Of a DNA stretch of 64,000 bases, positions 40,245-57,968 are shown piece after piece. The position numbers were made by a program, and so were the translations under genes. The stretch's first letter is position 1; every line of letters starts with the position of its first letter. The DNA lies in assembly GCF_009914755.1 (NCBI RefSeq), contig NC_060926.1; one strand, written 5' to 3'. Under the pieces are notes generated by a model. That model saw only the letters and a list, made by a program, of their open reading frames with translations, was not told the origin of the DNA and did no database searches. The stretch is from the human T2T-CHM13v2.0 reference genome, Homo sapiens.

Positions 40245-41709
40245 CCGAAGCTGGACTGTACTGCTGCCATCTCTGGCTCACTGCAACCTCCCTGCCTGAT
40301 TCTCCTGCCTCAGCCTGCCGAGTGCCTGCGATTACAGGCGCGCGCCGCCACACCTGACTGGTTTTCGTATTTTTTTGGTGGAGACGGGGTTTCGCTGTGT
40401 TGGCCGGGCTGGTCTCCAGCTCCTAACCGCGAGTGATCCGCCAGCCTCGGCCTCCCGAGGTGCCGGGATTGCAGACGGAGTCTGGTTCACTTAGTGCTCA
40501 ATGGTGCCCAGGCTGGAGTGCAGTGGCGTGATCTCCGCTCGCTACAACCTCCACCTCCCAGCTGCCTGCCTTGGCCTCCCGAAGTGCCAAGAGTGCAGCC
40601 TCTGCCCGGCCGCCACCCCGTCTGGGAAGTGAGGAGCGTCTCTGCCTGGCTGCCCATTGTCTGGGACGTGAGCAGCCCCTCTGCCTGGCTGCCCAGTCTG
40701 GAAAGTGAGGAGCGTCTCTGCCCGGCCGCCATCCCATCTAGGAAGTGAGGAGCGCCTCTTCCCACCCGCCATCCCATCTAGGAAGTGAGGAGCTTCTCTG
40801 CCCGGCCGCCCATCGTCTGAGATGTGGGGAGCACCTCTGCCCGGCCGCGACCCCATTTGGGAGGTGAGGAGCAACTCTGCCCAGCCGCCCCGTCTGAGAA
40901 GTGAGGAGACCCTCCGCCTGGCAACCGCCCCGTCTGATAAGTAAGGAGCCCCTCTGCCCAGCAGCCGCCCCGTCTGAGAAGTGAGGAGCCCCTCTGCCCA
41001 GCAGCCACCCTGTCTGGGAAGTGAGGAGCGTCTCCGCCCGGCAGCCACCCAGTCCGGGAGGGAGGTGGGGGGGGTCAGTCCCCCGTCCGGCCAGCCGCCC
41101 CGTCCGGGAGGTGAGGGGCGCCTCTGCCCAGCTGCCCCTACTGGGAAGTGAGGAGCCCCTCTGCCCCGCCAGCCACCCCGTCCGGGAGGGAGGTGGGGGG
41201 GTCAGCCCCCCGCCCGGCCAGCCGCCCCGTCCGGGAGGGAGGTGGGGGGTCAGCCCCCCGCCCGGCTAGCCGCCCCGTCCGGGAGGCGAGGGGCGCCTCT
41301 GCCCGGCTGCCCCTACTGGGAAGTGAGGAGCCCCTCTGCCCGGCCAGCCGCCCCGTCCAGGAGGGAGGTGGGGGGGTCAGCCCCCCGCCCGGCCAGCCGC
41401 CCGGTCCGGGAGGGAGGTGGGGGGGTCAGCCCCCCGCCCGGCCAGCCGCCCCGTCCGGGAGGTTAGGGGCGCCTCTGCCCGGCCGCCCCTACTGGGAAGT
41501 GAGGAGCCCCTCTGCCCGGCCACCACCCCGTCTGGGAGGTGTACCCAACAGCTCATTGAGAGCGGGCGATGATGACAGTGGCGGCTTTGTGGAGTGGAGG
41601 TGGGGGGAAGGTGGGGAAAAGATTGAGAAATCGGATGGTTGCCGTGTCTGTGTAGAAAGAAGTAGACATGGGAGACTTTTCATTTTGTTCTGTACTAAGA
41701 AAAATTCTT
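40245..41709 (+). mobile_element. SVA retrotransposon (no CCCTCT hexamer; Alu-like part, GC-rich VNTR, 3'-truncated SINE-R)
   Basis: ccgaagctggactgtactgctgccatc start; gaagtgaggagcccctctgcccggc VNTR units; SINE-R ggaggtgtacccaacagctcattgag...tgtactaagaaaaattctt. Confidence 0.95.
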
Positions 41710-41739
41710 ACCCTAAAACTTAAAGTATAATAAAAAAAA
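41709..41739 (+). mobile_element. 3' tip of a primate L1 (L1PA-type) plus poly(A)
   Basis: taccctaaaacttaaagtataataaaaaaa matches the recalled L1PA 3' terminus. Confidence 0.8.
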
Positions 41740-41872
41740 AAAACTTCAGTTTTCTAAAAATTATATTTAAAATTGTAATCAAAATGTACCTAGTTTATAA
41801 ATGTTTATTTTGTACTTAATACCTGTAAAGTCTTAGTTTTCAGACATTAAGTGACTGTATCATGTTCGGTTT

Positions 41873-41878
41873 AATAAA
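41873..41878 (+). terminator. BBS5: Probable BBS5 polyadenylation signal AATAAA
   Basis: First AATAAA in unique AT-rich sequence downstream of the insertion. Confidence 0.6.
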
Positions 41879-42003
41879 GAATTTATGCAGCACCATTTAA
41901 CGTTTTGAAAGTATTATTTAAAAGAAAAAGACTATTCTTACGGAATAATCAAAATTCTGCTTTCTTAATTGTAAAAATCTGGTTTAAATATCCCATGGCT
42001 CCT

Positions 42004-42301
42004 GGCCAGGCATGGTGGCTCGTGCCTATAATCTCAACACTTTGGGAGGCCGAGGCAGGCAGATCACTTGAGGTCAGAAGTTTGAGACTAGCCTGGCCAA
42101 CATGGTGAGACCCGTCTCTACTAAAAATATAAAAATTAGCTGGGCGTGTGGTGGGCACCTGTAGTCCCAGCTACCTGGGAGGGGCACGAGAATCACTTGG
42201 ACCTGGGAGGTGGAGGCTGCAGTGAGCCAAGGATCGCACCACTGCACTCCAGCTTGGGCAACAGAGCAAGACTCCATCTCAATAAATAAATAAATAAATA
42301 A
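42004..42301 (+). mobile_element. Alu (AluS-like)
   Basis: Full sense Alu with (TAAA)n tail. Confidence 0.9.
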
Positions 42302-43521
42302 TCACATAGCTCCAAATGTAAACCAACTCTAATACAAATTGTAATCCTTAAACCTGTCATTTTTGTAAAAACTAAAAATTACAACTAACTCTGGAATACA
42401 TCAACCCCCCCTTTAAAGTGCTTTGGATGCTATTTTGTAAGAATTTCAATGTAGTTTTGGCAAGAATACATTTACTTTGTAAGAAAATAGCTTTGTTTAT
42501 TAACTTTCTCTTTGTATTTATTGAAACTTCTTTGAATTTTCAAAAATAGGATATTATTTTTCTCATTTCTTGGTTAGGTAAGACTTGTTGACCTCTCTAG
42601 GATCATTCGGTGTTTTTGACCACTGTTTCCGTGTAAAACACATTGTAAGGAATCTTTTTCAAATAATTGAAATTAGCCAAAGGAGCCCTCTTCTTCCAGA
42701 GGGAAAAGTATGTAAAAACATTTAAAATAAGATGCAAGTCTGTGTACAACCATAGACATACAGTACAACCAAGTGCTAACCTAAGTTTATTAAAAATCAA
42801 CAAAAGCTACAAATTGGCTTCTTCATTTAAATGGAAAAGGATTTCTACATTTTAAGGGTTGGAATTATAATAAACCACCTTTAAGACGAGGGGAAAGAAT
42901 GTATGAAAAATTTGTACTGGTCACAGATAAAACGCTGCCATAACTATTGTTTAAATATTGTTTTTTTCAAGCAAAAGAGACTATAAAATTGCTGACTAGT
43001 AAGGAATAATCTCAAATGTCATATGATGTTTGCATCTGACTCATTAATCTTTTCAAATGTTAGATGTTACATGTAGAGAGAAATGAGTCATTTATTGTTT
43101 AAACAAGGAAGCAGCTGTTAGTTTTTTCTGGTGTGTTAAAACCTTTAGTGGCATCTATAAATGGAAAAAGAGTCAATGAGCTCTTCTTTCAGCTGTTGTT
43201 TTAGCAGCTGACAGTACCATTGACTTCACTGTGATGTAAAATAAAAGAAAAGGCCTTTACTCATGGATAGAGACCTTGAAGTTTAAAAATACATAATTCC
43301 TTGATCTGGGGCATTCATTCATTCAACAAATACTTATAAAGCACTCACGAAACCCCTACGCTATAGCATTTGAAAAGAACAGACACTCCCACAATCCCTG
43401 TCTTCATGGAATTTGTTTTTGGGGGTATGTGTAAAAATACCAACTTTTGAAATTACAGTATTTCTACAGCCCTACTTGAGTTCAGATAATGTGACAATAT
43501 GACTGTGTAATAAAGTATTTA

Positions 43522-43843
<322 letters not shown>

Positions 43844-44789
43844 TTATACCATCTATATATAAACAAAGGACCGATTTTCTTTCAAATCATTACTTCTACC
43901 TCCATAATTAATATGGTATTCTATTATAATCAACAGCCTACGTTATGTCCCCAGTTATATACTCTTTAAAAAAAGGGGGGGCTGTTCTCTATGACCATTG
44001 TAGGAGTTCATCTTGATTTTGCTGTGTTTAGTGATAACATTGTTCTCATGGGGTTATATCTGTTCTATTTTTCACGTTTTATTTAATGAATGATAATTTT
44101 TGATATTTAAAATTACAGATTATCTTTTGTGATCTTATTTGAATGTGTGTGGACTTTTTCGTTCCCTAGATTGACTTTTAATTATTTTTTCTGGCTCTGT
44201 GATTCCTTTTAACCTTTTGCTTTTATTTTACCTTATTATCGTTTGCCACATTAGATCATTTGTATGACAAGGCAGGATATGAATAAATAATTTTATAATT
44301 TAATTCAATATTAATTACAGTTTTTCCATGTAAGAATAATTTGGAATGTTTTAGAAAATTAGCAATTCCTCTGCATTTCTTTTTTCAATTATCATGGCAA
44401 CATTAAAGGTTTTGTAAAACTAGTACAGAAGTAAACATCTTTAAGTTTACTACTTCTAAAAGAAATATCTATATCCCACTGTTCTGAGTAGAAAGTAAAA
44501 ATTTGTATGTTAACAATTATTGGAAATGAGATCTTGCTTATGAGTATTCAAATGAACACATCTCATATTCTTGACCTTTGCATCATTAATTCAGAGAGCC
44601 AAGTAGCTTGACACTAGAACATATTTAGAGGAGTGACTCATTTTTATGATTCATTTTTCTGTTAATTCAATAAACATTTTCTTGTAGTAGCCTTTATTAG
44701 TATATCTTCTAATGTGTTATGTATTTTTAAGCTTTCAACTTCACTTAAATGTCTTGTTTCTTAGCTGTTTCCCTAGTGATTAAAAGTTC

Positions 44790-44940
44790 CAGTTGTTACT
44801 TTCAATCTATAACAGCTGCAAGAACAACTCTTCTTTCCAAGCCAGCTCTCCTAAATTCCCGTTGTTAGAGTTGGTATCTATATTTAGCTAGTGGGATTAA
44901 ATTGCAAAGGCTTCAAGCTGGGCAAAGCACACTGATCTGC
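44790..44940 (+). promoter_or_regulatory. KLHL41: KLHL41 proximal promoter with muscle motifs
   Basis: E-box CAGCTG at 44813-44818 and consensus MEF2 site CTATATTTAG at 44878-44887, 130-200 nt upstream of the ATG. Confidence 0.65.
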
Positions 44941-44954
44941 CTTTTTACAGCTAG

Positions 44955-46199
<1,245 letters not shown>

Positions 46200-46454
46200 T
46201 GAATTATTCAAGCTGCTTGCATTTTACTCTAATTGATGTCCTATTCCAGTCCCTTGCACTTTTGCTGTATAGAGCGTTGACAGAAAAATATTTGACTGCT
46301 TTGTTAATGTGTAATAAAAAGTTTGGTGAATAATGAGGTTCTAATTCATGTTTAATGACTTAAGATGTTCTTTATACTATTTTACCAAAAATGCCTTGTT
46401 TATAGATGATCGTGACTGTAATCCCTCAAAGCCCAGTATTTTAGTAAAAACTAA

Positions 46455-46589
<135 letters not shown>

Positions 46590-49500
46590 TAAAAACTAAA
46601 TTTAATCTTGTATACTCTTACCTATTAAAAATAGTTAATGTCTTTCCCCAAATAGTTTCCCTAAATCAAAGTTCTTATCCATTATAAAGAAGTAATAATT
46701 GGTCAGATTTTCTTTTTTAATTTCTTTTTCTTCTTCATCTGCTGGCAGCTCTAAATTGGTCAGATTTTCTACCTTCTTCCAAGTTTCCCTGAACTTCATT
46801 TGAAGTTCTTGGAGGTAGCACTTCATCTCTTATTTATGGTTACTGCCTAAAATATAATTTTGTTGAAAATGAAAAAAACTTGTATATATATTCCACACAC
46901 TTTGGATTATCTTCTAGGAAAAACTGTCTACACAAAAGTCGCTAATTTGAATTAATTATAGTTAGAAATTTTTATTATATCACATTTATTTGGATCAGAG
47001 ATACATTTAGACATTATTAGAACTTAACAATCTGTTTTGTGAAACCACAGAATTTTCCAAGAAAATTAATTCTCCTAAACCAATATACCCTTAGTTGTTT
47101 GAAAGGAATTTGTCTTATATTATCAATGTGTTATACTTTATCAGTTTATGAAGGAGTTGGCTTAACTTTTGTCTTCCATAATGCCAATACCGAAACTTTA
47201 TAGCTTACAACTGGCTCAAAAGAGTTTGTTTAGGTCATAGCTAATCATGGCTGGGGCTTATGGGCACTTTAGTTGGAAAGGCCAAAGATAAGCAAGTATA
47301 CAATGTCATACCACAGTCACAGTATGCTCTCAAAGTGTGTGATATACTTTGCATTCACAAAATACTATTATACCTTTAATCAACTTTTTCTAATCTTGAA
47401 AAATGTAGTTGTGATAATACATATTAATCATGTTTCTTAATTTTCAAAGTTCCAGTGAAGAATGTTATAAGTATTTGAATGTGGGTCAGAAAATTTCCCA
47501 AGCCCTAATTTTAAAGTCAAATAAACTTCAAAAGTGGCAAAGTCAATGAAAAAGGCTATAAATACATCCAGGAAGTAAGAATGTTATAAAAACACAGATA
47601 GACAGATGACAGACATATAGGTAGATACCTACAAATGACAGATCCACGGAATAGTTGTTGCCATGGAATGATTCTCCAAAATTACTGGAGTTTTAAATTT
47701 CATTTCATATTTAATTTATTGAATATATCTATAACACGGTCCTTTTTACTTTCAAGTGTTCAGTTTAATCTTTGTCCTCTTCCAGCCTAATAAAACCCTT
47801 ACTTTTACTGACGCAGCTTCTCATTTTTGGTTCAAGAAACCTACTTAATGTTCTGTATAACAGAACATTAACAATAACAGTTATACAAAGTTGGAAGGTC
47901 AGCAAAGCAAATGCCTTGCTGCTTTTAAAAGGCACTAATAGAACGGTATGCCAGGATAAAAACACTTCACCATAAAAGAGGGTTGTGACTCATCAGACAA
48001 TATTTACATGAGAATTTCAGGTTTTATATTTTTCTGCTTGGTCACATCTATTTAAAATGCATTAATTTAGGAGTAATTTGACCTTTGATTGTATGCTGTA
48101 AATAGATTATGAGAATTTTTTACCTTGGTAAGGGAGGTTTTTTTCCCCCACTCATTAATTTGAATTAATAGATTCATCAAATCTTTGAACAGGTCTTAAA
48201 GTAATCTAGGTCCAAACCCTAATTTTAACAATGAGGAAAGTTGAACTCAGAGAAGTTAAATAGCTTGATAGTTCCTCTATAAAAGAGACTGGTAGGTAGT
48301 CTACTGTTCCATCTGCTAGAGAAAGTGCCCTCTAACAGGTAATATGGGAAGGTAGGCAGTACTGTACAGTATGAGAGTTAAGCCCACAGGTATGGGATTA
48401 TGATGGCTGCTGTTTCCATTTTTTAAAACCAACTGTGAATGTACATGGCTTGGATTTGAATATCACCTAAAAGTTCTGTGTATTTGGGAAAATTATTTAA
48501 TCTTCCTGTGCCTCGGTTTCCTCATCTGTAAAATGGGGATGATAGAAATGCCTATCCTGGAGAACTAAATGAGGTTACCTGTGTAAAGCATTTAGTTCAA
48601 AGACTATGACAACAGTCAAAACCCCATAAATGTTCATTATTATTTCTACTATATTACATACCACCTTCATGATCAAAGAATTTCTTTCAAAAGTGAAAAC
48701 ATAAGGGATCAAAATCTAGCTGTTGAAATTAGTGAATGCAAAGCTAAGAATGCACATGTGGAGATTAAACTTCTCATGTCATCTAGTCTTAATTAGCGCT
48801 TTGTTTAACTGAGGTTACTAGACCACATATAGATAGGCTTCCACAGACACCCCTGTCTATACCACAGCCATTTGTATGCACATCTATTCTTAGTATCCAG
48901 TGAAACTGGGTTTTATTCATTTTATTTTTGCAATCTAGAAGTGGTACCAGAGAGAACAACAAATCTGCAACTGTACTCTTGCAGAAAACAGTTTTCTTGT
49001 GCCTTAGTGTGCTAAAATGAAAAGTGTAAAATATTTAAATTACCAAAAGTAAGTGATGAAACAGATGCCACCATCATCTACCCCAGGGCATGGGCACAAG
49101 GAGATTTTCCTCCTTGGGAAAATCTTAAGCTTGCAGAAGTGGTGGTGACCAAAAATGAGCAGTTACTTATTAATATAAATTTTTTAAAAAAGAGAAGAGT
49201 ATTTCAAGGGACTCCCAACAACACACTAGGAAATTCACTTTAACGCCTGCCTGTATCAGGAATAATAAAGCAAAACACAGAGAACCTAAAATGTTTTTAA
49301 AGAAAGAAAAAAAGATATTGCCCAACATCCCAGTTGTTTGTGGACTGAGTGACAGGTCCAGCTGTCCCAGCTGCCGGCATGGGGAGCATGTTAAATATAG
49401 CACGCAGGGGTCATTCACATTCTGTGACCCTCCTTGTTATGACAACCTTTCTTTCCCCAGTGTCCTAAAAGTATGAGGATCTCCTGTTTCAAAGCTGAAC

Positions 49501-49683
49501 AAGGCAATATGGGAGAAAATTTGACAAGAAACCTCACAGTTGTAATTAACCTCTGGTGATTCTATTTTATTTTTTCTTTTCTTGAAGCCTTGAAGATTTT
49601 GATATCTTTATCTGGTAGGCCAAGTAGATTTACTCATTCTTCTTGGTAATTATGAGCTACAATGTGATACTTTGGGGTTGTAG

Positions 49684-49971
<288 letters not shown>

Positions 49972-50060
49972 TAAGTTGGCATGATATTCCTGTTCCCTAA
50001 GCATTCAAGTATATGCGTGCCTACAACATATTCATATTTTCAGAACCTGGAATTTACTGA

Positions 50061-50201
<141 letters not shown>

Positions 50202-50249
50202 TAAGTACCCTGAACTCTCATGATTTATGTCTAAATGACTTTTTATTAG

Positions 50250-50648
<399 letters not shown>

Positions 50649-51978
50649 TAAAATTTCAAGTCGCTGAAGTAAACATGTAGATACTCAGCATACTGCTAGG
50701 AATGAGCCTAATACCCCAATCATAAGCATCCTTACAGTCCAGGCAGTATCTAGGAGCATAATCAAGTCCTGTATTTCACTGATTTATAATTGTATTTTAC
50801 TACATTAAAACCAATGGGTTTTCTTATTCATTTAGCCATAAGTAGATAAAAATTGAAAGGTATCTTTAATGTAGTATTTAAAATATATCTTCTAAGACAA
50901 CTGTGCATAAAAAATATCATGGATTTGTACTTTACATTCATAAGAGGGACTTTAGATAGGTCAGTTTGAAAGAAAAGCGTGGTGATTGAAAAGAGGGAAG
51001 TAAAAAAGACAAAATAAAAACAAAAAATTAAGGCAATTATTTCCTCAGCAGTGTTCTTCCACATATTTACTCCCTGACAGAGGTAATATTCAAAATGGCT
51101 TCCAACTGTTCAAAACTGAGCTCCCAGTAGCACCCAGTATCTTGTGAGAAAACCAGGATGAGGTTTCATATATAAACCTAACTTGATTTCCAGTCAATTC
51201 TTAAGGAACCTGTAATCAGGAAAGAGATGTTATAACCCAGAGAGAGGAGAAGTGAGCTCCGAATGCTTCAGAGACAGTCAAACCAGTATAACCTGTCTAG
51301 TAAAATAAGCATTTTCAGTTTAGATGGTGAGAACTAATATTCTGCCCCTGAAAAATCTGCCTGATTTGGCTTGTCATCATTTGCCCAGGCCATTGAATTA
51401 ATAGTGATGTCCAACCCTGAAAAGGGAGCCAAAATTTAGAATTGTAAGGGCAAAGCAGGAAAGGAGAGTAAAATATAGAAATGTGTTAGATGTCAAGAAC
51501 TCTATTCTGGAGTTAATGATTATTGGGTATTAGTCAATTTAAATGGTAAATATAGCACAGAAAAGGCGATTTTAAAAAGCAATGGTTTTTAAACATCTAC
51601 CTGTATTCAAAGATAACATATTCTAAAATTTTTATATCCTCCCTAATCCCAGCTATTCCTATCAAATTTAAAGGAAGGTATATTATATGCTTACCTGGTG
51701 CCAGATCTTATTTTGGGCATTTTTCCTGAGTAAACTGAATGGAAAATCACTACTAAAGAGCATTCTGACTTTGGAAACACAGGAACCCTGCCAAATGATT
51801 TAAATTGTTTCCTTCAAGCAGCATTAGTAACTAGGAAATTGATATGTCAGTAAGAAGCATACAGTTCTTGTCAGTAGGAATATATCAATCTTGAGAATAT
51901 GATTAACTAACACAACACTGCTTGACAAATGTCAAAGTCAAGAACTTTGAAATGAGTCATTATCTAAAAGTAAGTGCT

Positions 51979-52896
<918 letters not shown>

Positions 52897-53331
52897 TCAT
52901 CAGCTCAGATGATTTGTTGTCTAATCCATAGTCCCAGATTTCTTAAAATGCACTGGTATGTTAGTGCTAATATAAAATAAAATGATCTATCATATAAAAT
53001 TTAAAGTAGGTATATTTGCACCTAATTATTCTTTAAGTTAACTGATTCGTTCCTAGGATATTCAGATAATAAATAAACTTACCATTTGTTATTGAGGTGC
53101 AATAAAAGGTTTATGATTTTATTTTTTACTCAAATAGAGTAAAAAAACTTCAATTGAATTTAGTAGATACGATTAAAATCAGCTGTGCCTGGGGTTCTAA
53201 GCAGCTATCCAGAAGTAAAGGTACCCTATCTTCCAACAGTAAAATTAAGTTATAGTTTTGGTCCCCACATTTGGGCTTGTCCTTTGTTTAGTGGCATATG
53301 TTCAAATTAAGAATTCTTTGGAGTTTTCTGA

Positions 53332-53616
<285 letters not shown>

Positions 53617-53929
53617 TGAGTTGCCACATCTTAGTATATAGCATGTGAACAACTATACATTTTAATTGTTAACTTTGGATAAAAAGTTATCTTTCTAATT
53701 AGGATGTGGGGAGGGGAGGGTACAGAGCCACAGATTACAAAGGAAGTATTTTCATCTGGGTTTCTTTTGTTGTTACTGGATGTAAATCTTGTCTAACATT
53801 CTGATGCATTATATGTCTGTAATCTGGAACACATGACCCTTAAGTCAGTGTTGTCATGCTCTATTTGTCCTTGTTATTAACTTTGTGAATTTAGAAATGC
53901 AAAGGTAATACTTGTGAATAATTATGATT

Positions 53930-55986
<2,057 letters not shown>

Positions 55987-56012
55987 TGCCTGGCCACTAC
56001 TTGAATTTTTAA

Positions 56013-56243
<231 letters not shown>

Positions 56244-56593
56244 TAAGTTCTCATCACTTCAATTTTCAGAATCACATATTAAATCAGATGACTGATAAAC
56301 TATTTTGTAGTAAACAATAAGCCAGATTTTCCCAACATGCAAGCTACTTCTTGGTAGTAGACTAAACACTTCAAACCTAATTGAACTTCTGTACATGCCA
56401 CTTACTTGAACAAGTATCTACTTCTAGTTAGCTCTGAGCCTGAGAAAGAAATCATCTGGGCGGGCCTGTTTCTTACTGTAAAATGAGAGTTGGACCTTTG
56501 ATACTCTCAGTTTCATTCCAGCTCTAAGAGTATAATGCTATAGGCATCCAGTAGAGTGAAAGCCTCTTTGCTCCAGAGTAGTTTATTTCCTAA

Positions 56594-56926
<333 letters not shown>

Positions 56927-57794
56927 TAAAGAAACATTTAACCTCTTGAGCTTTCCACTACTTCATTAGTTCTGTTTTCAATCTAATTTAAACAGCTTTC
57001 CAATTGTTTTAGGCTTCAGCTAATAAATGCTTTTTTAAAATGAAAAAAGTCAAAATAGCAATCCATTTTACCTGCCTGGAGGTGCCAGGCAGTTCTCCTA
57101 AGTATGACACTTGAAACTGTTACTCAATTGAACATTTTAGTGAGGCTATTAAAAAAAAAGTTTGTTTTTATTTTATTTTGAACTGAGATCGCGCCACTGC
57201 ACTCCAGCCTCAGCTACAGAGCGAGTCTTAAAAGAAAAAAAAAAAAAGAAAAAAGAAACACAGAATCCCAGACCCTACTGAATGAGAATCTGTATTTTTT
57301 AACAAGATTCTTAGGTGAATTGTTTGCACATTTAAGTTTATAAGTACAGCTTTGGAAGAGTGCCATTTATACTTAATCAGTGAAGGCATACCACTAAGCC
57401 TGAGAGTGAAAAGTGGGTATTATTTGTTCTATACCTTAACCAGCAGATGCTTTATTCCCAGATGCTGAACTAAAAAGGCTGAAAAGCTGGTACCTTAACC
57501 AAACAATGATTTGTGCATTAGACATCATTTCCCCATGTTGTAATATTAACTAGCTGTGTAGAGGGCAAGAAAAAAAGTGGCTATGCAAGGAAATTAACTA
57601 CTTTCCCTCCTCCCCCCAAAAAAGAGGGAGAAAGAGAAAAAAAATGAGATTTCCACGGAGCAAAGAGGCTAGAATTAGCAAAACAGTGAGATGGGGAAAA
57701 GCTGGAAGCAGTAGGAAAAAAGGATGAACTAATGAAGGCTGGGAAGGTTAGGGTTTTTTGGAAAACAGGGCCAGGTACCAAATATATAAATGGG

Positions 57795-57937
57795 CAGTGA
57801 TTCTCAACCCTAGCTGTATGTTACAATCATCTGGGATGCTTTTAAAATATACCAGTGTCTGGGCCTTAACACAGACCAATTATATCAAAATTTCTGGAGG
57901 TAGAGTTGAGCATCCCTAGTTCCTAAAACCTTCCCAG

Positions 57938-57968
<31 letters not shown>

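Noticed and set aside
40487-41723. Many overlapping P/R/G-rich ORFs
   Set aside because: All derive from the SVA Alu-like and VNTR regions.
47657-47670. Near-consensus X-box GTTGCCATGGAATG in KLHL41 intron 1
   Set aside because: Single isolated motif far from the BBS5 promoter; cannot be distinguished from chance.
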